DNA from: Trueperaceae bacterium
GTDB lineage: Bacteria > Deinococcota > Deinococci > Deinococcales > Trueperaceae
DNA: 64,000 nt
Direction of reading: 5' to 3'
Assembly: GCA_034520945.1 (NCBI GenBank)
Contig: JAXHNB010000010.1
Coordinates: 128,001 to 192,000, forward strand
This document shows, one piece after another, positions 51,833 to 61,899 of the stretch (its first letter is position 1; each line of letters starts with the position of its first letter). The translations under genes and the position numbers were made by a program. A model generated the notes under the pieces. It saw only the letters and a program-made list of their open reading frames with translations, was not told where the DNA came from and searched no databases.

Positions 51833-53170
51833 ATGACCCCACCCGACGCCACCCCGCGGCGAGCGAACCTGGTGCTCATCGACGCGCACGACCTGGGCAG
51901 GCACCTGGGCTGCTACGGGCGCGACGCCGTACCCTCGGACGCGCTGGACGGCCTGGCCGCCCGTGGCGTGCGCTTCGCCCAGGCGTGGTGCACCGCACCG
52001 CAGTGCAGCCCCAGCCGCGCCGCGATGTACACCGGCCGCCACGCGCACGACGTCGGCATGCTGGGCCTGGCCCACCCGCCGTTCGACTGGCGCCTGCGGC
52101 CGGGCGCGCGCTACCTGGCCGCCCGCCTGCAGGAGGCGGGCTGGAACACCCATCACGTAGGCATTCAGCACGTCACCCGCGACGAACCGGCGCACATCCG
52201 CGCGCTGGGCTTCGACACGCACGCCGCGTCGCACGCCCCCGCCGGCACGGTCGCGGACGCCGCCGTGGACGTCCTTCGAGACGCCGAGGGGCCGTTCTTC
52301 TTGAACGTCGGCTTCCACGAACCGCACCGCGATGCCCGTGGGCGGTTCGAGGACCACCCGCCGTACGACGAACGCGGCATCGACCGTCCCCCCTACCTGC
52401 CGGATACGCCTGCCGCGCGCGCCGAACTGGCGGGCCTGCAGGGCAGCATCCGCGCCATGGACGCCGGCGTCGGCCGCATCCTCGACGCGCTCGACGCCCG
52501 CGACGACGCGGACGACACCTGGGTGGTGTTCACCACCGACCACGGATTGGCGCTGCCACGCGCGAAGGCGTCGATGTACGACGCCGGCCTGGAGGTGGCG
52601 TTGCTGATGCGCTGGCCGGCGCGCGGCCTGGTCGGGGGGCGCGTCGTGGAGGGGCTGGTCAGCCACGTCGACCTGCTGCCGACGCTGCTGGAGGGCCTCG
52701 GCGTCGACGCCGGCGACGGCCTGCACGGGCGCAGCCTCTGGCCCCTGCTGCGCGGGGAGGTCACGGAGGTGCGCCAGGAGGTATTCGCCGAGAAGACCTT
52801 CCACACCGCCTACGAGCCGCAGCGTGCGGTACGCACCCCCCGCCACAAGCTGATCGCGAACCTGGAGGTCGACATCCTGAACGTGCCCGCCGACACGCTG
52901 CGGGGACCGATCAGCGCCGACATGGTCGACGAGATCGCGGTGGAGCGTCCCCCGTTGGAGCTCTTCGATCTGCAGGACGACCCGCTGGAGCGGCGGAACG
53001 TGGTCGACGACCCCAGGTACGCGTCGGTGCGCGCGGAGCTGACCGAGGCCCTGGTGGGGTGGATGCGACGCACGGGCGATCCTTTGCTGCAGGGTCCCGT
53101 CGCGTCGCCGTTCCATCACGCCGCGCGCCGGGCGCTGGGGCTGCCGGCCGAGCCGGACCCGTACGCGTGA
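51833..53170 (+). CDS. Cys-type sulfatase, no signal peptide
   Basis: HDLG, CSPSRAAMYTGR, EPHR, TTDHG, PRAK, ELFDL..DP.E. Confidence 0.92.
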   Translation: MTPPDATPRRANLVLIDAHDLGRHLGCYGRDAVPSDALDGLAARGVRFAQAWCTAPQCSPSRAAMYTGRHAHDVGMLGLAHPPFDWRLRPGARYLAARLQEAGWNTHHVGIQHVTRDEPAHIRALGFDTHAASHAPAGTVADAAVDVLRDAEGPFFLNVGFHEPHRDARGRFEDHPPYDERGIDRPPYLPDTPAARAELAGLQGSIRAMDAGVGRILDALDARDDADDTWVVFTTDHGLALPRAKASMYDAGLEVALLMRWPARGLVGGRVVEGLVSHVDLLPTLLEGLGVDAGDGLHGRSLWPLLRGEVTEVRQEVFAEKTFHTAYEPQRAVRTPRHKLIANLEVDILNVPADTLRGPISADMVDEIAVERPPLELFDLQDDPLERRNVVDDPRYASVRAELTEALVGWMRRTGDPLLQGPVASPFHHAARRALGLPAEPDPYA

Positions 53171-54115
53171 ACGCCGGCGGGTCCCGCGACGCGCCGGTGC
53201 TGGTGGCCGGCCCGGCCTACTGCGACCTGCTGTTCTCGGGGCTGGACGCCGTACCGGACCTGGGGACGGAACGCTTCGCCCGCGGCTTCGCGGTCCAGGC
53301 GGGCGGGAGCGCCATCACCGCAGTGGCGCTGGCGCGGCTGGGGCGCCCCGTGGCGTTGCTGGCCGACCTCGGCGACGACGCGCTCGGCGAGGCGGTCCTG
53401 CGTGTGCTGGCCGCGGAGGGGGTCGCGACCGCGTGGGTGCGCCGCCGTGCCGGCGACGCCACCCCCGTCACCGCCGTGCTGTCCACGCCCCAGGACCGCG
53501 CCTTCGTGACGCACCTGCCGGACCCCGGCGACGCCCCCGACCTGGCGGGCGCGCTGCGGGCGAGCGGCGCGTCGCACCTGCACGTGGCGGGGTTCCCGTT
53601 CGTGCGCGCACGGCCCGACGCCGCCACGCTCGCGGCGCAGGCCGGTGCGACCACCTCCTTCGACCCCGGCTGGGACGAAGCGGCCCTGGCCGAGCCGGCC
53701 GTACGGGCGCTGGCCGCCGACGTGCGACGTGCTCCTGCCGAACCGCTCGGAGGCGGTCCGCTTGACCGCGCCCGCCGGCGGCGCGGAGCTGGGCCATGAG
53801 CCAAGCACGGAGGAGGCGCTGGCGCGCCTTGCGGCGGGCCGGCGCGGCCGCGTCACGGTGGTGAAGGACGGCCCCGCGGGGGCCGCCGCCACGGACGGCG
53901 TGGACACCGTGCACGTCGCGTCGCCGCCCGTCGACGCCGTCGACCCGACCGGCGCCGGCGACGTGTTCGACGCGGGGTTCCTGGACGCCTGGCTGGACGG
54001 CGCACCGCTGCGCGCCTGCCTGGCGCGCGGCGTCGCCTGCGGCGCCCGCGCCGTCACCGCCGTCGGCGGCGCCACCGCCGCGCCATACCGGGACGAACTG
54101 GAGGTGGACGCGTGA
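53167..54115 (+). pseudogene. PfkB-family carbohydrate kinase, frameshifted (possible sequencing error)
   Basis: AGGSA..AVALARLG and FDPG, then an extra C at about 53717 shifts to DVLLPNRSEA, VKDG and DPTGAGDVF. Confidence 0.85.
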
Positions 54116-55368
54116 AGATCGCGATCATCGGCGGCGGCAGCGCCTACGCGCCCGGCCTGGTGCAGGCGTTCGCGCAGGAGGCCGCCGCCTTCGACGGCGC
54201 CGAGCTGGCGTTGATGGACGTGGCGGAGGACGAGCTGCAGGGGGTCGCCCGGCTGGCCGAACGGCTGGTCGAGGGGACCGGCCTGCGCGTCAGCGCCACG
54301 ACGGACCGCCTCCGCGCCCTCGACGGCGCGGACGTGGTGCTGACCACCTTCCGCCAAGGCGGGCTGGCCGCCCGTCATCACGACGAGGCCGTCCCGCTGC
54401 GCTTCGGCCTGCTGGGCCAGGAGACGATCGGGCCGGGCGGGTTCTTCTTCGCCATGCGAACGCTTCCCGTCGTGCGCCGCATCACCGAGGAGATGGCCCG
54501 CTGGGCACCGGGCGCGACGCTCCTGAACTACGCCAACCCCACGCAGATCGTGGCGGAGGCCGTCACGCGTTACACCGATGTGCGCTGCATCGCCATCTGC
54601 GATCAGAGCGACGACGACCGCGTGCACCTGGCGCACGCCCTCGACCTGGACCCGCACGCCATCGAACTCGAGTCGGTCGGCCTGAATCACGCCACCTGGA
54701 GCACGCGCTTCCGCATCGAGGGCGAGGACGGCGTCGCGCGCCTGGCGCACGAGCACGACCGCATCCAGGCGCGGGGCGACGTCTCGGCCCGCACCAAGCG
54801 CCAGGTCGCCCTGACCCGCCGCTACGGGCGCGTACCGAACGGCTACCTGCCGTACTACCTGTACCGCGAGGAGACGGTCGCGGAGGCGCAGGAAGCATCC
54901 CGCACGCGCGCCCAGGCGATCCTGGAGGAACTGCCGGGGCACTACGCCCACTTTCGCGAGCAGGCCGCCGCGTCGCGGCCGGAGCTGACGCGCGGGCGGG
55001 GCGGCTCGGTGTTCGGCGACTTCGCCGTGCGCGTGCTGCGCGCCCTCGTCACCGGCGAACCCGCTCGCCTGACGTTGAACGTGCCCAACCGGGGTCGGGC
55101 CCTGCCCGACTTCGACGAGGACCGGGTGGTCGAGGTGCCCTGCACCCTCGAGGGGGGCCGCATCACGCCGGCGCCGCAGGCGCCGTTTCCCTTCGAACTA
55201 CGCGGGCTGTTGCGCATGCTGGCCGACTACCAGGCCGCCGCGGCCGACGCCATCTGGGCGGGCGACCCCGATGCGCAGGTGCGCGCGTTGGCGTGCAATC
55301 CCTTGGTGATGGAGCCCGGAACCGCGGAGGCGTTGCTGGCGGCGCGCGAGGCGGCGGAGAGAGAATGA
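54112..55368 (+). CDS. Glycoside hydrolase family 4 (6-phospho-beta-glucosidase-like)
   Basis: KIAIIGGGS, GQETIGPGG, NYANP, ICD, GLNH. Confidence 0.92.
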   Translation: MKIAIIGGGSAYAPGLVQAFAQEAAAFDGAELALMDVAEDELQGVARLAERLVEGTGLRVSATTDRLRALDGADVVLTTFRQGGLAARHHDEAVPLRFGLLGQETIGPGGFFFAMRTLPVVRRITEEMARWAPGATLLNYANPTQIVAEAVTRYTDVRCIAICDQSDDDRVHLAHALDLDPHAIELESVGLNHATWSTRFRIEGEDGVARLAHEHDRIQARGDVSARTKRQVALTRRYGRVPNGYLPYYLYREETVAEAQEASRTRAQAILEELPGHYAHFREQAAASRPELTRGRGGSVFGDFAVRVLRALVTGEPARLTLNVPNRGRALPDFDEDRVVEVPCTLEGGRITPAPQAPFPFELRGLLRMLADYQAAAADAIWAGDPDAQVRALACNPLVMEPGTAEALLAAREAAERE

Positions 55369-55391
55369 GGGCGCCCGAACACGCAAGAGGC

Positions 55392-56618
55392 TCAACCCCG
55401 GCCTCCCGCCATGCGGACCGCCTCCGGTAGGCGCCGCAAGCGCAGCATGCCCCACGCACCGACGAGGGGGCCCAGCGCCAACGGCACGAACGCCCAGCCC
55501 CATCCGGCGACGTCGACCAGGTAGCCCGTGAGCCGAATGCTGGCCAGGGTGAGAAGAAAGCCCATGCTGGTCTGTACCGTTAGGGCCGTGCCCACGTAGC
55601 GTTCGTCGGCGAGTTCCGTGATGGCGCTGCTGTACTGTGCACTGTCGGCAATCACGGCAAATCCCCATACCAGCGCGACCGCCGTCGCGGCTGCTGGCAC
55701 GGCAGCCAGTGCGCCGGTCACGACGGCGCACACACCGGAGGTGGCAAGGCTGACGACGGTCACGATGCTGCGACCGTGGCGATCGGCGAGCCGTCCCGCC
55801 CACAGACTGCTGGCGCCCCCGATCGCGATGACCGCAAAGGCGGCCAGGCGGGCGCTCCACTCCGGCCATCCGGCCTGCTGGTAGACGTGCAGCAGGAACA
55901 GCGGCACCCACGCCCACATGGCGTACAACTCCCACATGTGACCCAGGTACCCGACGTTGGCGAGGCGAACGGACCGGTCCCGGAAGGACGCAGCCAGTTG
56001 CGAGACCCGGAAGGGAGCCCGTGCTCGGAAGGCAGGTCCTTCGCGGACCACCAAGGCGATCAGCAACGCGGCCAGCAAAGCGCTGAGGGAGGCGGCCAGA
56101 AGGACCGTCCGCCACCCCTCGCCCCCCTCCCGTAGAAACGTGGCCCCCAGCAGGTGCGGCGCGGCGGAACCGACGGTGAGGGCCCCCACCAGCATCCCGA
56201 CGCAGAAGCCTCGGTCGTGCGCGCACCAACCGGCCATCAGCTTCATGCCGACCGGGTATACGCCCGCAAGCGCAACCCCAGTCAAAAAGCGGAGGGTCAG
56301 GGCCGCGCCGATGCCGTCGACGAAGAGGGGGATGGCGGCGTTCACGAGAGCGCCGGCCAACGCACTCGCGGCGAACAACCGCACCGGGTCCAGCCGGTCG
56401 GGCAGGTTGGCCACGGCACTCGCGAGCGCACCGACGACGAATCCGAGTTGAACGCTGGCCGTGAGCCAGGCGACCTGCCCCCCGCTCAACGACCAGGCCG
56501 CCTGCAGTTGTGGCGCCACTGCGGCGGCCGAGAACCACAACGCAAGCGCCAACAGTTCAGCGGCGGTAATCGCTGCCAGCGCGACGTTCTTCCGATCGAA
56601 ACGCGATTGGATCGCCAC
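55392..56618 (-). CDS. MFS transporter
   Basis: LWFSAAAV, GVYPVGMK, GYLGHMWELYAMW, ADSAQYS. Confidence 0.9.
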   Translation of the reverse strand: MAIQSRFDRKNVALAAITAAELLALALWFSAAAVAPQLQAAWSLSGGQVAWLTASVQLGFVVGALASAVANLPDRLDPVRLFAASALAGALVNAAIPLFVDGIGAALTLRFLTGVALAGVYPVGMKLMAGWCAHDRGFCVGMLVGALTVGSAAPHLLGATFLREGGEGWRTVLLAASLSALLAALLIALVVREGPAFRARAPFRVSQLAASFRDRSVRLANVGYLGHMWELYAMWAWVPLFLLHVYQQAGWPEWSARLAAFAVIAIGGASSLWAGRLADRHGRSIVTVVSLATSGVCAVVTGALAAVPAAATAVALVWGFAVIADSAQYSSAITELADERYVGTALTVQTSMGFLLTLASIRLTGYLVDVAGWGWAFVPLALGPLVGAWGMLRLRRLPEAVRMAGGRG

Positions 56619-57260
56619 TTTACGTGCCTTTCGAGCTCCCGCGTCATCATGCCATACGTGGCTGCGACCTCGGGATCATCCGTGATCGCGCCCTGGCCAT
56701 CCCTGCGCCAGGCACGCTACCTTGCAGCCGAGGATGCATGCGTGGAGCGGAACCGCCTGTACGACAACGCCGGCAAGGCCCTCAGCGTGAACGGACCGGG
56801 CTGTCCCGCCCACAACGCCACGCGTCGTACGGCGCTGATGAACGACACGGTGGTCGAGTCGCGCATGCCGGTCCTCGGCATCACCGACGGTGCGACGGGC
56901 AACCTGGCGTTCGACCTCCTGCTGGTGGCGCCGGCCGGCATCGTCGACGAGGTCGGCGCGAACGAACGAGCGCTGCGTCGCTGACCCGAGATCGGCACGA
57001 TCCCTATCGGACACGAAGGACGTTCGCCACGCCGTGCGCGGGGCGCTTCCAACGCGCGACCGCGGCGCCGATGCGTGGTCGTGGCTCGGTCGCTGCGTGG
57101 TAACGCCGCGCCTGCCATGGTCGCGTCGACGTGCCGGGGAACGCCTACGGAAGGAGGGGTTTGCTTGGCCCGCGCATGCACGCGGCACGAAGCAGCACAT
57201 CCGAGATGAGCCTCGTCACGTACCCGTCGTGAACCCACGAACGGGAGGAAGGGATCGACC

Positions 57261-57704
57261 ATGCGATCGATCACGATGTTGAAGCGAATCCGTACGCTCA
57301 CTGCCGTCGCCCTGGCAGGCGTCCTCTTCGGCCTGATGGCCAATCAGATGGTGGGCGCCCAATCGTCCGGCGACGAGGAACCGGTGGTGATCGAACCGTT
57401 GACGCAGCACGCTCTCAGCACGGCGGACGGCCGGGAGGCCGTGATGCTCCGCGCCACCTTCGCCCCCGGGGCCGAAATGGCGGCCGAGCCGACCATCGCG
57501 CATCCTGCCGAAGAGTTCGTGTACGTCCTCGAGGGAACGGCCGTCCTCACCCTGCAGGGCGAGGAGCCGGTGCGGTACGAGGCGGGCGAGTCCTGGTACA
57601 ACGAGCTTCGCCAGGCCCATACACTGCGGAACGGCAGCGCCGAGGAACCCATGGTGGTGCTCGCCATTTGGATCGGCGAGGAAGGGGAGCTCATGGGCGA
57701 CTGA
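57261..57704 (+). CDS. Exported cupin-domain protein
   Basis: Signal peptide; HPAEEFVYVLEG and AGESWY....AH. Confidence 0.8.
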   Translation: MRSITMLKRIRTLTAVALAGVLFGLMANQMVGAQSSGDEEPVVIEPLTQHALSTADGREAVMLRATFAPGAEMAAEPTIAHPAEEFVYVLEGTAVLTLQGEEPVRYEAGESWYNELRQAHTLRNGSAEEPMVVLAIWIGEEGELMGD

Positions 57705-57714
57705 ACGCCGTGCC

Positions 57715-57745
57715 GCCCGCGCCGCCGAGCTTCGGCGGCGCGGGC
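57715..57745 (+). terminator. GC-rich hairpin after the cupin gene
   Basis: 14-bp stem GCCCGCGCCGCCGA / TCGGCGGCGCGGGC; no U tract. Confidence 0.5.
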
Positions 57746-57815
57746 GCACCCTGGGACCATCGGGTGAAGGTTTGCCCGGTCGCTCGGCGCCGTCCGTGCG
57801 GTACCGTCGACCGAG

Positions 57816-58661
57816 ATGCCGCCCGACGCTCCCATGAGCACGTCCACCCCGGACCACGCCCGGTCGCTCTTCGTGTTCGACGTGGACGGCACGTTGCTGG
57901 ACGCGCGCCTCCGCATCCCGGCCTCGACCCGGCACGCCGTGCACGAGCTGCTGAAAGGGGGCCACCGCGTGGCGCTGGCGAGCGCCCGACCCCCACGCAG
58001 CATTGCGCAGCTTTCACGGGACCTGTTGGGGAGGGTCGCTGAGATGATCGCCCTCAATGGTGCCTGGGTGAGCGAGGGCGACGCGATGCTCCTCGAGCGG
58101 ACCCTCGCCCCGGACGACGCGCCAGCGATCATCGCCTACGCACGTGCCCAGGAGCTCGAGATCAATCTATTTTCCGCCCGGGAATGGTTCGTCGAACACG
58201 TCGGTCCCGGGATCGAGGCCGAGGCCGAGATCGTGATGTTCGGGCCGATTGTGGTGGATGACCTCTTGGTGTCTTCCCGTCAGGTCACGCACAAGATGCT
58301 GCTGATCGGTGACCCAGAGCGTGTGCGGGACGTCCGCGACTGGGTTCAGGCGCACCTACCGGAGGTTGCGGCCTCACGCTCGAAGCCGAACTACTGCGAA
58401 CTGGTATCGCACGACGCCTCCAAGGCGGACGCCATGACCTTCCTGGCGAAGCGGCTCGGCATCCCGCCCGAGCGCGTCGTGGCGTTCGGCGACGGCGAGA
58501 ACGACCTGCCCATGATTCAACGGGCCGGCATCGGCGTCGCCATGGGGAACGCCATGGACGACGTCAAGAAGGCTGCCGATTTCACCACGACGAGCCACGA
58601 CGAGGACGGCATCGCCCACGCGCTCCGTGCCCTCGGGTACCTTCCCTACGGCGCGCCGTAG
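57816..58661 (+). CDS. Cof-type HAD-IIB phosphatase
   Basis: DVDGTLL, ASAR, NGA, SKA, FGDGENDLPM, AMGNA. Confidence 0.93.
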   Translation: MPPDAPMSTSTPDHARSLFVFDVDGTLLDARLRIPASTRHAVHELLKGGHRVALASARPPRSIAQLSRDLLGRVAEMIALNGAWVSEGDAMLLERTLAPDDAPAIIAYARAQELEINLFSAREWFVEHVGPGIEAEAEIVMFGPIVVDDLLVSSRQVTHKMLLIGDPERVRDVRDWVQAHLPEVAASRSKPNYCELVSHDASKADAMTFLAKRLGIPPERVVAFGDGENDLPMIQRAGIGVAMGNAMDDVKKAADFTTTSHDEDGIAHALRALGYLPYGAP

Positions 58662-58680
58662 GCCACGGGCGCTGGCGAGG

Positions 58681-59748
58681 TCACGCCAGCGTGATCGCCT
58701 CGTCCAGGTACACGTCCTGAATCAGGTTCAGCAGTGCGACGCCTTCGCGCATGGGCCGTTGGAACGCCTTGCGACCGGAGATCAGGCCGCTGCCGCCGGC
58801 GCGCTTGTTCACCACCGCGGTGAACGCGGCGTCGGCAAAGTCGTCCTCGCCGGACGCGCCGCCCGAGTTGATCAAAGGCGCGCGGCCCATGTACCCGTTG
58901 GCCACCTGCCATCGCGCCAACTCGATGGGGTGGTCGGGCACCAGATCGTCGTACATGCGGGGATGGCTCTTCCCGAAGCCGATGGCGGGAAAGCCACCGT
59001 TGTGGGTGGGCAGCTTCTGCTTGATGATGTCGGCCTGGATGGTGACGCCGAGGTGGTTGGCCTGCGCGGTGAGGTCGGCAGCGGTGTGGTGGTCGCGGTC
59101 GTCTTGCTTGAACGCGTCGTTCCGGGTGTAGCACCACAGGATGGTGGCCATGCCCAGTTCATGCGCCTGGGCGAAGGCTTCGGCGATCTCGACGATCTGG
59201 CGTTCCGATTCGTCGCTGCCGAAGTATATGGTGGCGCCGACCGCGACCGCGCCGAGGTTCCAGGCCTCCTCCACCGTGCCGAAGGGGATCTGGTCGTAGC
59301 GGTTCGGGTAGCTCATCAGTTCGTTGTGGTTCAGCTTCACGATGAACGGGATCTTGTGCGCGTAGCGGCGCGCCACCATCCCCAGCACCCCGAAGGTGGA
59401 GGCCACGGCGTTGCATCCGCCCTCGACCGCCAACCGCACGATGTTTTCGGGATCGAAGTACGCCGGGTTGGGCGAGAACGAGGCGCCGCCGGAGTGCTCG
59501 ACCCCCTGGTCGACGGGCAGGATGGACAGGTACCCCGTCCCGGCCAACCGCCCGTGATCGAACAGCGTCTGGAGGCTCCGCAACACGCGCGGGCTACGGT
59601 CGCTGGCCGTCATCACCCGGTCGACGAAGTCCGGTCCCGGGTGGTGCAGGTCCTCCTTGGGAATGCCGGTCGCGCGGTAGCTCAGCAGGTCGTCGGCGCG
59701 GTCGCCGAGCCACCTGTGGACGTCCTGGGTTGCGGTGGGGCTGGTCAT
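58681..59748 (-). CDS. fbaB: Class I fructose-bisphosphate aldolase (DhnA/FbaB type)
   Basis: [41 protein letters not shown]. Confidence 0.95.
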   Translation of the reverse strand: MTSPTATQDVHRWLGDRADDLLSYRATGIPKEDLHHPGPDFVDRVMTASDRSPRVLRSLQTLFDHGRLAGTGYLSILPVDQGVEHSGGASFSPNPAYFDPENIVRLAVEGGCNAVASTFGVLGMVARRYAHKIPFIVKLNHNELMSYPNRYDQIPFGTVEEAWNLGAVAVGATIYFGSDESERQIVEIAEAFAQAHELGMATILWCYTRNDAFKQDDRDHHTAADLTAQANHLGVTIQADIIKQKLPTHNGGFPAIGFGKSHPRMYDDLVPDHPIELARWQVANGYMGRAPLINSGGASGEDDFADAAFTAVVNKRAGGSGLISGRKAFQRPMREGVALLNLIQDVYLDEAITLA

Positions 59749-59979
59749 GAGCGCTCCTTCCAGCGTTCGGGGTGCGTACGGCCACGCGTGGCATGCCACG
59801 CGGCGCAGCGGGTCCTACCCTCACGCTACACCCGCGCCGCCCGGCCAGGCGAGACGGCGGCGCGCGAACCCCCGGACCGCCCCGCTAGCGAGGCCGGCTC
59901 TGCGCCTGGCGGCGAAGCGCCTTCAATGCATGTGCATGCTCGCCGTCATGGGGTTGGCCTCCTCCTCGGTTCCTGTCCG

Positions 59980-61239
59980 TCACCTCGCATCCAATTCCGT
60001 GAGGGCCTCGGCGAACACTTCGGCGCCGGCGACCATGTCCTGCAGCGATGCTTCCTCGTCGGGGTGATGGCTGACGCCGTCCACGCAGGGGATGAAGATC
60101 ATCCCGACCGGCGCGACGTTCGCCACTTGCATGGCGTCGTGGCCTGCACCGCTGTTCAGGTGCCGGTAGCCGTGGCCACGGGCCTCACAGCCGGCAACCA
60201 AGGCGCGTTGGGCCTCGGGGGCGCAATGCACGGCGGCGGCAGTGCTGCCCTCCTCCACCCGGAGGTTCAGGCCAAGTTCGCCGCAGGCCTTCTCGGCCCA
60301 CGCCATGATCTCTTGCAGGAACGCCACCACGCGCGCCTCGTCCAACGCGCGGGCTTCGAGGGTGAGGCTCACCTCGCCCGGCACGACGTTGGCGCCGCCG
60401 GGTCGCACATTCAGGCGCCCGATCGTCGCCACGAACGGTTCCTGATCCGACCAGATACGTGCACGACGTGATACCCGATCGACCAACCGCGCGGCGCCGA
60501 CCAGCGCGTCGCGGCGGCCGTCCATGGGGCTGGTCCCGGCATGGGCAGCACGTCCGGTGACGTGCACCTGCAGGCGGTGGATCGCCACGATGCCGCCCAC
60601 GACGCCGATCGGCACGTTCTCGCGCTCAAGGACCGGGCCCTGTTCGATGTGCAGCTCCATGAACGCAGCCAACTCGCCTTCGCGTACGAGAGGGCCGGTA
60701 AGGGCACCGGGTTCACCGCCCATTCGGGCAATGCCTTCCGCGAGTGTCTCCCCCGACGCGTTGACGCCGGCCAGCATGGACGAGGTCAGGGTGCCGGCCA
60801 GCGCGCGGCTCCCCACGCACGAGGCACCATAGTCGCTGGGTTCTTCGGACAGGAAGTCGATGACGCGCAGCTCATGGCGAAGCGTCGCGCCCGCTTCGGC
60901 GAGGGCTTGGGCCGCCTCGAGCGCGGTGATCACGCCGGCGATGCCGTCGAAGCGACCGCCGTTCGGGACGGTATCGATGTGCGAGCCCAGCGTCAGGGCG
61001 GGAAGGCCTGCCTCCGCGCCGGGACGCGTGCCGTGGAGGTTCGCGCCGGCGTCCAGCGACGGGGTGAGCCCCGCTTCGCGGAATTCTTGCTCCAACCAGC
61101 TTCGCGCCTCGAGGTAGAGGTCGGTGAATGCGCGGCGCGTATAGGGGCGTTCGGCCTCGGTCAACTCGGTCAGGTGGCGAACACGGCGGTCGATTCGGGT
61201 CGGATCGATGCGGGCATGCTTGGCCGGGATGGCGCTCAT
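59980..61239 (-). CDS. M20 Zn-dependent N-carbamoyl-amino-acid/allantoate amidohydrolase
   Basis: GSHIDTVPNGGRFDG, SEE, ELHIEQGP, HAGT.PM, SGAGHDA, SHHPDE. Confidence 0.93.
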   Translation of the reverse strand: MSAIPAKHARIDPTRIDRRVRHLTELTEAERPYTRRAFTDLYLEARSWLEQEFREAGLTPSLDAGANLHGTRPGAEAGLPALTLGSHIDTVPNGGRFDGIAGVITALEAAQALAEAGATLRHELRVIDFLSEEPSDYGASCVGSRALAGTLTSSMLAGVNASGETLAEGIARMGGEPGALTGPLVREGELAAFMELHIEQGPVLERENVPIGVVGGIVAIHRLQVHVTGRAAHAGTSPMDGRRDALVGAARLVDRVSRRARIWSDQEPFVATIGRLNVRPGGANVVPGEVSLTLEARALDEARVVAFLQEIMAWAEKACGELGLNLRVEEGSTAAAVHCAPEAQRALVAGCEARGHGYRHLNSGAGHDAMQVANVAPVGMIFIPCVDGVSHHPDEEASLQDMVAGAEVFAEALTELDAR

Positions 61240-61898
61240 CGCGTGAGGAGTCCCAACGAGGCGGAGGTTTGCGCCAAGCCGACCGCGGCCTGTGTCGGGT
61301 CGACGACCGGCACCCCGAGTTCGGCCTCCAGCGGCGCGCGGTACTGCGCCATGCCTGCACACCCCAGGACCAGCACGTCCGCACCGCATGCCTCGAGCAA
61401 CTCACGACCGACGGCCAGCATGCGATCGCCCATCGCACTCTCGTCGGCAAGCTCCGCCACGCTGGCGCCGACCGCATGGTCGCCGACCACGCCCTCGGAC
61501 ACGCCCATGGCGCGGTAGGCACGCCAGTGCCGCGGGATGGAGCCGGGAAGGATGGAGATCACGCCGACACGGCTTCCCAGCGCCATCGCCGTGAGGACGC
61601 CGCTCTGGGCAATGCCGAGTACCGGCTTCGCCGTGACCTCGCGGGCAGCGTGCAAGCCGGGGTCGGAAAAGCAGGCGATCACGAACGCGTCGTACCGGTC
61701 GCTCTCCGCCGCGATGCGCTCCGCCAAGGGCCCCGCCACGGCGTCGACGTCGCGTTGCGACTCGATGCCGTACGGGGTGCCTTCCAGGCCGACCACCTCG
61801 ATGGGCCGAGCCGGGCCCGCAAGGCCCTGCACCGCTGTACGAATGCCGTCGGTGACGTCCGTATTGGCGTTCGGGTTGATCACGAGCACATGGGGCAC
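61236..61898 (-). CDS. Asp/Glu/hydantoin racemase family
   Basis: INPN, IACFSDPG, LGCAGM, PVVDP. Confidence 0.92.
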   Translation of the reverse strand: MPHVLVINPNANTDVTDGIRTAVQGLAGPARPIEVVGLEGTPYGIESQRDVDAVAGPLAERIAAESDRYDAFVIACFSDPGLHAAREVTAKPVLGIAQSGVLTAMALGSRVGVISILPGSIPRHWRAYRAMGVSEGVVGDHAVGASVAELADESAMGDRMLAVGRELLEACGADVLVLGCAGMAQYRAPLEAELGVPVVDPTQAAVGLAQTSASLGLLTR

Positions 61899-61899
61899 G

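Noticed and set aside
56640..56984. Possible small gene or remnant (VERNRLYDNAGK...AFDLLLVAPAG)
   Set aside because: No recognisable family, RBS or motif; it cannot be supported without a search.
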